A stretch of DNA of 64,000 nucleotides from Cyanidioschyzon merolae (lineage: Eukaryota): the NCBI GenBank assembly GCA_000091205.1, contig AP006500.2; one strand, given 5' to 3'. Shown here piece by piece: positions 56,401 to 64,000 of this stretch (positions are counted from its first letter, which is position 1; the number at the start of each line of letters is the position of its first letter). A program made the translations under genes and the position numbers. The notes under the pieces were generated by a model that saw nothing but the letters and a program-made list of their open reading frames with translations, made no database searches and had not been told where the DNA came from.

Positions 56401-57594
56401 GCTCGACAGCAGCACCGCCATGGCCTCGAAACGGACCGCCAGACGCAAGAGGCCCCACTCGAGCCGGAAACGACACCAGTGACGCAAGTTCGTTCGTTGC
56501 GAGCGTCGCTGACCCCGTGCAGCATTCACAGTGCTCGCTTTTGGGCACGCTTGGACTCGTTGCTCCGGCGCTGTACGCTCATGATGGATGCTTGCTCGCC
56601 AGTGAGGTGCAAAAGCGTCCTGCAGTGACGCCCACTGGAGCACATCCAAGCAAGGACTTGATCCCTCCGTATCAGGGCGTGTTCGTAGCGCATGAAAAGC
56701 GCTTCTGTAAGCACCGGCTTCGGATGCTGAGTCCAGTGGACTGGTGCGGCACCAGGCGCATGACCTTGAGGCCGCACTAATGTTCTCCTCGAGCGCAGCG
56801 GGAACCACACGATCCCCGGCATTCTCCGCAACGCTCTCTATTTCCATGGACGAATCCGGTGAGCTACGACTTTCCCAGCGCGTAAACTCAAGTCCACTAC
56901 CCGAGAGAGACTGCTCGTCGGTGCTGGTATCGGTGCACGAGGCCACTGCAACCGTCTCGGTGACTGGCTCGGCGGCAGCCTGCGTACGAGCACGCAGAGC
57001 CCGGAACAAGTCATCATAAACAGGATCGTGTCTGCAGAGTTCCAGGAGAGAATCCACGAGACGAGGTCCCAACCAGGCTGCGTCGGCACTCAAGGGTGCG
57101 TAAGCAGCCTCGCTCAGGAACGGCACCCGTGCTACCTGCCACCAAACTTCAAGAGCCTGGATCACAAGAACGAGACAGTCGGTTTCCAATATCTCTTGCA
57201 TAAGATCAAAAGGAAGCACCGACTGGCGGCATTCGGGTGCGAGTTGCGCAGCCAGCCAACCGAGCTTCGTGAGGTCTACCGCCAGTTCGCGGAATACACC
57301 GTTTCGTGCACCAGTCTGTCCAGCTTCGGCGACATCAGCGTCTCTAGTCGATAACGCCCTCATTGCGCGCAAGTTCCGTTCAATCGAAGCCCAAACTTGC
57401 TCAATCCAACCCTTCCACGGAGACGCTAGGCGAAGTAGCGGGTACGTGAGCCACGGACTCGGAGCCGCTGCTGTCACCTTCCAGGTTGTTCCCGTAGGGG
57501 CAGTGCCGGCCTGTGTACCCGTCCAAACACGCTCGAGCCAAGAGTCGAGCTGATCAGGATCAAACCCGAACCAATCATTCGTCTCGTACTCCAT
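50479..57594 (-). CDS. Very large hypothetical protein (2371 aa), no identifiable catalytic domain. It contains polyQ, polyA/T and Ser/Ala-rich low-complexity tracts and is probably a helical-repeat scaffold.
   Basis: Single uninterrupted 7.1-kb ORF with GC-rich codon usage like its neighbours. 'AQQQQQQQQQQQQEQQQQQ', 'TTPPPTTTTTMAAAAS'. Long Leu/Ala-rich predicted helical stretches. Confidence 0.7.
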   Translation of the reverse strand: MEYETNDWFGFDPDQLDSWLERVWTGTQAGTAPTGTTWKVTAAAPSPWLTYPLLRLASPWKGWIEQVWASIERNLRAMRALSTRDADVAEAGQTGARNGVFRELAVDLTKLGWLAAQLAPECRQSVLPFDLMQEILETDCLVLVIQALEVWWQVARVPFLSEAAYAPLSADAAWLGPRLVDSLLELCRHDPVYDDLFRALRARTQAAAEPVTETVAVASCTDTSTDEQSLSGSGLEFTRWESRSSPDSSMEIESVAENAGDRVVPAALEENISAASRSCAWCRTSPLDSASEAGAYRSAFHALRTRPDTEGSSPCLDVLQWASLQDAFAPHWRASIHHERTAPEQRVQACPKASTVNAARGQRRSQRTNLRHWCRFRLEWGLLRLAVRFEAMAVLLSSSGTARVSLEQLLMSEPHFWEDVIDTLRGAFFQTSQRPALANGARNAVSVELHPSVRALVERASLRLLAVAAATWKWEKPLLTSMLHGRGASWLFQAVCTALQTQQETPNDASSSHAERLELYLSTMSRLLRRERRLQHLDGRLQLQLVGLFQKLTGVLGAVAPASLLSLWALQFWTMVFRQTRSDDSFFGLLRHEMAYVQQMLLAQLQYLIGHVSERSAAHREHERYLERIRAYPWAHHDAAEALSETFGTLTLLESTWMRIAWHFLLLRYESQSNGNGTPAAASLIRNASPTLSGTMPAASTTGPTAWLPSERAQATGAHSGPATSGGNATAAAGTPAEPLTLHQPVIRHLLEQVLRHPRLFGGAVWSVATQTLALAMNDDPANAAVFWEEHTIDGLLAVLAAEQSTSMDLPATAEAYIAAWHALDALCIRREQLEALLQPVESTCTELAEVPTAPLGQLRPGPTPSSILGRMLSCLVRVMLYRPALSRARFHSGYDLSFIRGLWKRGPTVQTIFEQVVLSELQSWLRERDQHQALSASTTNDNVDESAAASAGASLEVLVVQRTEELLALDSAMMFCELLRKALLATSRQSAERRVAALTRERLEELQAALWLEALRSLFVPLGLYLLSSNEDRAVPSVRQLIQVTESVRRQALRAGMVIEAARVRAMLGQRLAQALPLVLNQVSPVHCTRIRASSIGSQRASSSSLSTHASRNAQRAPPLFEAILESDWPQTLSLASELGTLLMLLALWGQQLKHKFRLRGMSGGRAAAASAATDTAVGDGTLLQAVGCLERLARFALAQCAFEAVTVYPVALPAKRSLEIEVVMIEQASTAADRTSRLSNATRAVPSRPLQSPPWRSGGTAQAASSPATDTMQWSSERAEQNVTEVFGVARALAIFGVNVRPFYQCVLQESELDITLADVLVGHWAACETLFTGDVWELVQRPTTAHLEPAQCIYLVGLVSSLRALLQESSLPRRTARRLLTVLYARGWPVELFRLVRQLVPPVSLDTCRALDALLDLLVVALLAEDLALGDATPSSERREATAARLAPAGDAVGVETRSRRDSDAATRMTAAAFGMSGGSSAVAATTPPPTTTTTMAAAASPNDAWNAEQATRTSYLALVSVLVRRLLEHDWSQWPRLFVFRLLNLVRLLLAVDASPPAPAPSSLLASGGGAAPPVAGLEAGLRWRSSERAPMHRHPDLLLDSDEALERFVDTYGKGSSFPLRPARIDVLLPWSRRLLRLLQVGHRRQRMPQLDWISFQQQLRKWVREQALHRLFSAPPETLDTALVAECWSLLPPTTWLEDKSLLSSRQMDATGTSRTRPLDEHPLASLVVRAPAVAVHWIARLGFHDTSVSMLRVLAEILEASLDTCPPQDARMPAYLMLYALLLRVITAHSVHEPAAGATQPTGRIAERPSYVTTVPYIPRGVLTAHLPRFLARQALGTLWQYRWKRVRLPTVLEQMLGVIRPLWDWIEAHQVAGAASAEPSQRLALLDLELSALEAVVAAAHAQVRVAAPTPAAVLQAFLRMQRHIDALRAQQQQQQQQQQQQEQQQQQVAPLVARMLHAWLLLAEYVRIAFYEHDIGLVISAFDRVLREAFRESLSQSGQHQHTVTAASLNPVLERLQALHPMALSVSLMRCLRPVDATRDRRAEPRYQLNSDCPSIETVRVDGNLLTLLMSHEEPGLVWALASCMSTFGAPFATALTRVLRRPSAASYRDWLVRCLAAQAPNMQASVAAGAADPLSAVDWRYLSARALVVQLSAHAGEPQALALELWTEALQRWRDLQAFEGVSVRSEAVLTSTATHERPQSIARLASLTTRLVVHDAHRQMATTGGSNLLLELYGSSFQEPTQANTLLECLYQLAVFYGPGLLQYGPDRTGRYPLLKNGAALEAHRLRELLRSLPSVKSDLFDYAPLLGALGRARLPEPVLDPESMLEPNQELSWSGAALERKRSADTDDAEETISRSPSF

Positions 57595-57920
57595 AATGCA
57601 GACGAAACGGTAGTTGCTCTATCAGCAACGCTGAACAGTGCGCGAAAAGCAACTGTGTTTGCGCGCAGGTCCGCTCGCGAAGCCAGACGCCGCAGGCTAT
57701 ACCTTTCCGCAGAACGCGACTTTCGATAACACCTTCCTAGTGCTGTTTGGTACAGCAAAACTGTCCAAGGAATCCAAGAAGCTTCACAGTCCAGTGCCTG
57801 CAGTTGACGCAAACATAACCCCGCACCGTATCGGTCGTGAACACAATGCCTTACGTCCGCAGCTCAAGCGAGCACGCTTTGGGTTCTAGGTATAGGAAGC
57901 GCTTCGCCCTGCATTGTATT

Positions 57921-58440
57921 ACGCTATGAAGTGTTGGATTGTAGTACACTAGGATTTGTTATATAGTTTTACGCTATGAAGTGTTGGATTGTAGTACACT
58001 AGGATTTGTTACATTATTTTACGCTATGAAGTGTTGGATTGTAGTACACTAGGATTTGTTACATTATTTTACGCTATGAAGTGTTGGATTGTAGTACATT
58101 AGGATTGGTTACATTATTTTTAAGCTATGAAGTGTTGGATTGTAGTACATTAGGATTTGTTACATTATTTTTAAGCTATGAAGTGTTGGATTGTAGTACA
58201 CTAGGATTTGTTACATTATTTTACGCTATGAAGTGTTGGATTGTAGTACATTAGGATTTGTTACATAGTTTTACATAATAAAGTGTTGAATTTTAGTACA
58301 CTAGGATTGGTTATATCGTTTTACATTATAAAGTTTTGGATTGTAGTACATTGCACTGCATTGCTTTCATTTGTCACATCGCTTTACACGATGATGTTAT
58401 GGACTGTAGTTCATTGCACTGCATTGCTTTGATGTGCGCG
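57921..58440. repeat. AT-rich minisatellite: ~9 tandem copies of a 50-52-bp unit ('acgctatgaagtgttggattgtagtacactaggatttgttacattatttt'), followed by 2 copies of a related ~50-bp unit ('cattgcactgcattgcttt...').
   Basis: Period read directly from 57971/58021/58071/58122/58174. It lies in the divergent intergenic region between the giant gene (start 57594, minus) and the cyclophilin gene (plus). Confidence 0.85.
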
Positions 58441-59498
58441 ATGTACCGTCGAGCGTAGCACTGGCGTCGACGGCGCCTGCTACGAGTACGGCTCGAGGGC
58501 TGGTTTCGTTGCGCATTCGCCACGTGCTCGGGAAACGGTGCCGGGTCCACAGGTTAGGTCTGAGACGACTGGAAACCTGTCTAGGTTAGAGGGGCGTTCA
58601 TCAAGTACTACTACGTAGGCAACAGGAAGCCGTCGTTCCAGGCGTGAACGGTGTCGCGGGAATAGTCAGCGTGGTGCAGCGCGGGCAAGTTGCTGTACGC
58701 GAGTACGCGCGGCGTTTTTATCCCGGTTTGCAACGCGGCTGCTGCCAGCGTCTGTACCTACACTTTGCCAAAAAAAGCAATTTCCAGATTTTCGGTCACC
58801 TGGAAGGGTTTTATCTGAGCACTACGGACCACACGCCGTTCGGCTATGCTGGCTGCCACCGCATGGAACAGCACACTGCACGGAGAGGCTCCAGCGAGCA
58901 CTTGAGCCGTTCTCGGGGCGTGCGAGCAACAGCACGCAACGCTACGTCCATAAATGGAAACGAGGGTTTTTATGCAGCTACTTGGAACGTCGTCGTGGTG
59001 TGCAAGCGGGTGCCAGTGCCGTGTGCATCAGCTTTGAGCAACTTATGTTGGATTTCACAGCCGCGGCTTTGGATTCAAAGCCACAGCAGCAATCGCGGCT
59101 TTGGCGCGTCCGTTTGCACCCAACCAACGGGCGAGAATCGACATGTGCGCTCGAGTACGCATCCCATGGACTACTGGCTTCGTACTAGGACACATTGCCG
59201 CCAGACTCGGAGGCGTTCCCGCAATCGCGCTCGTTTTCGCGTAGGCGCTGAACCTTTAGCAACCCCAACTCCAAATCGTCAAACTACTCTGTACGGGAGA
59301 TGTGGATGGCAGTGGGCGCATGGGAGCTTCCAGCGCGTTCGAGCTACAAAATTCCAGACCCTGGGCGAGAGCACCTGCCGTTTGGTGCTGGCAACTGACG
59401 GCGATGGACGACCAAAACGATCGCCCTGCCATTGGCAACGAATGCGAATGCTCGGAGAGCCCGCTTCGAAAGGATGCACAGCCGCTGAAACTAGCAGA

Positions 59499-60965
59499 AT
59501 GGGAAGCTTGATGCGGCACTCGCTGACAAACTTGCGGCTCGATGTTCCCAGCCTTGTCGATACTGGTGTGCGCTGGGCATGCGCGCTGGTGATATCCGCC
59601 GGTGTCACCCTCTGTGGTGTCCATCCGGATAGCGTGGCTGTTGGTCGCGCGTCTGCAGCAGAAGGCGCTTCCGACTCCATTGCAGACTTTGCACGAACTG
59701 TTGGTGCTGCCCAGCCACGAACCAGCATCGATCGATTTGGGAACCCGCTGCTCCGTCGATACGTTTCAACGGATGGAGCGGCAGTTTTGCGGTGGTCGCT
59801 CCCGTTGCCAGAAGACTCCCCTTTTTGGGAGATTCAACGCCAGCTAGAACAGGTGGACGTCGAATTGAGCTTACGCGGAAGCTTCCGCCGCGGTCTGCGT
59901 GAGGCGCTGAAGAGTGCTCGCCAGGCGCTCGCTGCTCTGCAACGAGAGCGTCTCGATATTCTGCTCGATGTTGGCCGTGAACAAGTTGTCGTTGACACCC
60001 TCCGAAGAACGGAGCAGGAAATCACCCATCTTGTCGAGTCTCTGGAGCAACTAAACGCGTTGGGCCCGGGCTCAACGCAGCCGACGATACGCAGCGTGGC
60101 GGCAGCCGTGCGAGCGGAAGCATCCGCGTCCCGCTCGGGGGCCTTGGCGGAGCTCGCTCGCCTCGAGGAGGCCAGCATACGCCGTGTGCCTTTTCGCATT
60201 CCTCGTCGATACGATGACGAGGCGCGGCTGCGAGGCCGAGCGCTGGTACGACTCTACCTGGAAGCGCCGAAGACGACCGCCGGCGCTCGCCCAGCCCGCA
60301 GCGATACGGGGCAAACGCGCGGAACACCTGCACCTTGTGTGCTGCAGGTCGTGGTAGACGGCTGGAACGCCCCGCTCACATCCGGCAACTTTGTTCGGCG
60401 AGTGCTTGCCCATGAATACGACGGCATGCCGCTCATCGCGGAAGAGCAGGGCTCCTTCGTTTTCTTCAGCGAAGCCGCGAACGACGGCAAGCCTGCTGAC
60501 ACCGAGCATCTGCTTCCGCTGGAGATCCTGCTCGAGGGCGAGCCCGCTCCCCTGTACGGCGAGTCGATCGATACGGCTATGGTGGCAACCCAGCGGCAGC
60601 CGCCGGTGCTGCCAGTTGGCCCTTTCGGAACCCTGGCAATGGCACATTCCACCGAAGATGTCAACGATGCGCAGCGCGCTTTCTACATCTTTACTTTTGA
60701 TAAGCGATCGCTGGCTGCGAATAATCCCACCGGCAACGCCTTTACTGGCACCGTAGCAGTTTTCGGGTACCTTCCGGATGCATCTTCATTACAGTGCCTC
60801 GCAAATTTGCATCCAGGGTATCGGATTCGAACAGCTGAACTGGTGTACGGCAGGGAACGTTATTTTGGCAATGCTGCCGAGGAAGCGCGAGTGCTTGGCC
60901 CAGCGGGTAGCTTTCCAGATGAAATGCGTTTGGCGCTTCTGGAGCGTCGGCAACCTGAAACCTAA
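59499..60965 (+). CDS. Thylakoid-lumen cyclophilin-type peptidyl-prolyl isomerase (CYP38/TLP40-like), with a helical N-domain plus a C-terminal cyclophilin-like domain. The ORF is open from 58644, but the start is placed at Met 59499 preceding a putative bipartite transit/lumen-targeting peptide.
   Basis: The C-terminal 'VVDGWNAPLTSGNFVRRVLAHEYDGMPL...LPLEILLEGEPAPLYGES...PFGTLAMAHSTEDVNDAQRAFYIF...GTVAVFGYLPDASSLQCL' is collinear with the plant CYP38 '[28 protein letters not shown]...VPLEIMV...PFNAFGTMAMAREEF...GRYAVFGYVTD'. N-terminus: 'MGSLMRHSLTNLRLDVPSLVDTGVRWACALVISAGVTLCGVHPDSVAVGRASAAEG', a hydrophobic stretch followed by AxA. Confidence 0.8.
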   Translation: MGSLMRHSLTNLRLDVPSLVDTGVRWACALVISAGVTLCGVHPDSVAVGRASAAEGASDSIADFARTVGAAQPRTSIDRFGNPLLRRYVSTDGAAVLRWSLPLPEDSPFWEIQRQLEQVDVELSLRGSFRRGLREALKSARQALAALQRERLDILLDVGREQVVVDTLRRTEQEITHLVESLEQLNALGPGSTQPTIRSVAAAVRAEASASRSGALAELARLEEASIRRVPFRIPRRYDDEARLRGRALVRLYLEAPKTTAGARPARSDTGQTRGTPAPCVLQVVVDGWNAPLTSGNFVRRVLAHEYDGMPLIAEEQGSFVFFSEAANDGKPADTEHLLPLEILLEGEPAPLYGESIDTAMVATQRQPPVLPVGPFGTLAMAHSTEDVNDAQRAFYIFTFDKRSLAANNPTGNAFTGTVAVFGYLPDASSLQCLANLHPGYRIRTAELVYGRERYFGNAAEEARVLGPAGSFPDEMRLALLERRQPET

Positions 60966-63900
60966 AGTCTGATATTTTGAGCACCCGAGGACAGCGTCGG
61001 TAAACTTGCTTGAACGTATCCCTGGGAGTCATGCAGAGAGGTGTGCGAAGCGGAGAGAGAGCGACAGGTGCATGCAGGCAATTGAGATGCACGACCCGTT
61101 CAGGCTGTTAAGCAGCATTCTCGAATCGTTTTATATGGTGATCGTTCTGGACCCAGGCAGGAAAATCGTTGCTGACGCATCTGCATGTACAAATGGGGTG
61201 CTCCAGGCATGTAGTGTGCTGAATGGACCAAACTTGTGCCTTGATCCGGTCGGGAAACGAAAGCTCCCTCTTTGTCGCTGAGTTTGCTTTCCGAAAGTCT
61301 CGAACGTAGCAGCGAAATGCCTAGACCGAGTTTGGAAGGATATTCTAAACAGCGTTGCTCGACTTGAAACCGCTGGACGCTCCAGAAGCACAAGCGATTC
61401 CCGACTGTTATTCGAGGTGTTCAAGTCTCGATTTCGAGAGTGCTTGAGCAAATGGCGGCCTGTTGAAGAACACCAAAGCGCAAGCGTCTCATTTTCGATT
61501 ACCTCGTCATCTGATGACCGCTTCATTTACAGTACTCCATCTGACGGAAACGAATCTATTTCACGTTCAGATTTTACACTTATTCCAAGGTGTACTCGTG
61601 CTCGCGATACGTCAATGTCGTCTTGACTGCATCGATGAGCATCGTCGCAAGTCAATTTCTGCAATTGTTCTGCTCTCCGGGTGAAGGAGCAGAAGTGCAG
61701 GCCTTGCGCGCTGCAGCACCTCCAGGCCCATGGGGTACTCCATCAAACGATGCGGGTCATCGGTCATTTGGATTTCGAACTCATGGAACAAGATGGACAA
61801 TGCATGCATCCTTCCTTTGAACAAGCGAAACTGTTGGCGTACCTTGCTGAGTCTCATGTATGCTCGGCACAGGTCCTCTTCGAGAGCCATTTGGACGTTC
61901 GCGTACGCTCACTACAGGAGAAATTCGAAGCATTCGCTTCTTTGCCCAGTGTGGTGCTCAGCGCGTCGAGAATGGTACGGATGCGGTCACGCTGCTTGCT
62001 GGCCTCCATCATGCCCTACTCTTGAAATGAGGACGGGAAGGCGCACGGATTCGGGGCGTCCGCTCTGCGCTGTGGGGCGCTGTTCAGGAACACGTGGCAG
62101 CGCAAGATGCAAAAAAAGTGCAGGGATCACGTTGCACCCAGCCTTTGATGAAGACGTTTGCTGGTCCGAGGCCCGATATCAACTCCATGAGCTTGGGCGC
62201 TCTGGAGTGTCACTTGCCCACGGGCCAAGATCGCTTCCGAACTCGCAAGCACCTCGGTACCTTCCGCCACCAACTCGTCATTTGCCTCCATCGGTATGGT
62301 ACACCAAGAACTCCTTCCATCATTCCCACCTTTTATAGGGCAGTAGGCTAAGCCTTCACCAAGTTCAGCGGCAAAAGGGTACACCTCGTGAAGCGCTCAA
62401 CATTGATTCACATTCGGATTTCGCTTTTGAGCTTGGTTTGATACTTTTGGGCACCTGTGCTGTGTTTAGTATCGTTCCAGCGACGAGGCGCCGCTTCATT
62501 TCCTGGTATGCTGGCGGTCGTCCGTGCAAATCTCTTATCCTGCGAACACGCCGTACCAAATGTAGTGTTCTGGGTACCAGTTGTGTTGTTGCACAACTAT
62601 TGGATAGAAATATCCAGAGGAATATAGACAGCTGGTAGCCGTGCCTCCGGAAACTCTGTGCACCCTTGCTCGGCGTCGTGTCTCGGGACAAGTGAAGCGA
62701 TGCGATCCCTAATAGCGTCCTGCGTCTCTCGGTGGCATCGATGCGAACAACTCGTCTATGGATTCGTGAGTTTCGGAACGATGTTTGACACCAGAAACGA
62801 CACCTTCGTCTGCATTGAACCGGGGAACCTCGGCAGGCACAAACCGCAGCTCCATGGAAACCTCAGCTGCGTACGCCTTTTCGCTTTTGTGCGATCGAAT
62901 GCAATAATGTCCAACAGAGCGACACAAGCATCTGGGATGGAGAAGCCACCAGGAGCGCTTTCATGAAGTATGAGGTGCTGAACGAGCCTGTCCCTACGGT
63001 GATTTACGGATGGTCATTCGATGAAATCACCGCTGGCGCTGACGTACACGGAATGCTCACTTGCCACAACCGTAGGGAGAGCGTTATACCCCTGTTCGAG
63101 CACTCGTATATATCTACCATTCAACTGTTCACAAAGTCTCATCGATTGAGACGAACATCCGTCCATTACGTCATAAGCGTTCGCGTTTTAGTATGGAATC
63201 GATGAAGCCGTGTTCAGCGCGCAACGTGCTCCCGTAAAAGCGCGTGCTTTCTGTGCCCGTCCGTGTCGTTGCTCACCATTCCTATCTCTAGTACAGAAAC
63301 AGCACATCTTTCGACTTGCTCAGCGATATTCATGAGAGCGCGTATCGAGTGGGACGGAGTGACGACGAGACAGTCATATGGACAGTATTTGAAAGGTTTT
63401 GGGTGGCTAACCAACAGAACAAGGTCTAGAAAGCGGCCTCGTCATTCACTTGAACATCGTGGAATACGTGAAATATCTGAGTGAAAACGTTTTGTTGCGT
63501 GACTCCAGTGACAGCATCTGGTCTTTCCGCGACATTGCTCTAATTTTCGGGATACACTGCTCTTGCCGACACCTGCGAGAACGACAATCAAGAACAAAAA
63601 GTGTGTGCTGGTTCAGGCGTTCGCAAATTTACTACTCTGAGATGAACACAACGCCCTGGTCATCTCTCGATGCGTCTGTAAAAACGCGATTTCTCGCTCC
63701 GGAAGGAGCACGCCTCGCACAGCCGTGCGACGCCCCCAAGAACGTTGACAGGAAACGGGATCACTTTCATGACAGCATTCAGCATTCCGTTCCTGCGCGG
63801 CAACAACCAGCCAACCTATCAACCTACCTGCTTGCCTGCCTGCCTCGTCGTCACCAATTGGTGCCAGAGCGGTAGACATAGTGCCTGCCGGACATCTGAG

Positions 63901-64000
63901 CAGGCGCTGCAGTTGCATCCTGATCATCCCCCAGTCCTGCATGAGCGATTGCTTAACGTGTTTCCGGCTCGCTCAGCATTGGCAACCAAGCTACAAGCAG

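Noticed and set aside
57921-58440. Regularly spaced direct repeats that could be mistaken for a CRISPR array.
   Set aside because: The units are contiguous (a minisatellite) with no unique spacers, the context is eukaryotic, and there are no cas genes.

Overview
This looks like a eukaryotic nuclear window: GC-rich (roughly 57-60% by eye), gene-dense and intron-poor. Recognisable housekeeping genes sit on both strands as long uninterrupted ORFs:
- a GRAM+VASt (LAM/Aster-like) lipid-transfer protein;
- a 2OG-Fe(II) oxygenase;
- a succinate-semialdehyde dehydrogenase;
- a WD40 protein;
- a RUS/DUF647 protein;
- a SMARCAL1-like SNF2/HARP annealing helicase with an N-terminal GRF zinc finger;
- a SAM mitochondrial carrier;
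- a UDP-glucuronate 4-epimerase;
- PTPA;
- a 1753-aa HUWE1-like HECT E3 ligase;
- an unidentifiable 2371-aa giant protein with polyQ and polyA tracts;
- a CYP38/TLP40-type thylakoid-lumen cyclophilin, which argues for a plastid-bearing, alga-like host.

The standout feature is a Fanzor/TnpB-like RNA-guided endonuclease (OMEGA) system:
- Locus 1 carries an intact 752-aa ORF (8282..10540, minus strand) with RuvC-I/II/III motifs (GADPGN / VDEFRTS / [10 protein letters not shown]).
- A ~235-bp hairpin-rich module (8118..8353) covers the last ~23 codons of that ORF plus downstream sequence. It is the candidate omegaRNA scaffold and right end.
- A second, ORF-less copy of this module lies at 22601..22837.
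- A third, partial copy of the module (conserved core at 28636..28674) lies downstream of a diverged, degraded Fanzor paralog (~27990..28700).
- A second ~190-bp repeat family ('B') is present at 11946..12139 and 22838..23027. Together with the module it delimits a putative ~4-kb element.
- Locus 2 joins the module directly to B in inverted orientation, which a simple internal deletion does not explain.

Other notable structure: a 75-bp x4 tandem repeat inside the Fanzor ORF encoding acidic 25-aa repeats, a 50-52-bp AT-rich minisatellite in the divergent promoter between the giant gene and the cyclophilin, codon-repeat microsatellites, and a ~90-bp tandem duplication spanning the HECT stop codon. 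No rRNA, tRNA or CRISPR arrays were found.
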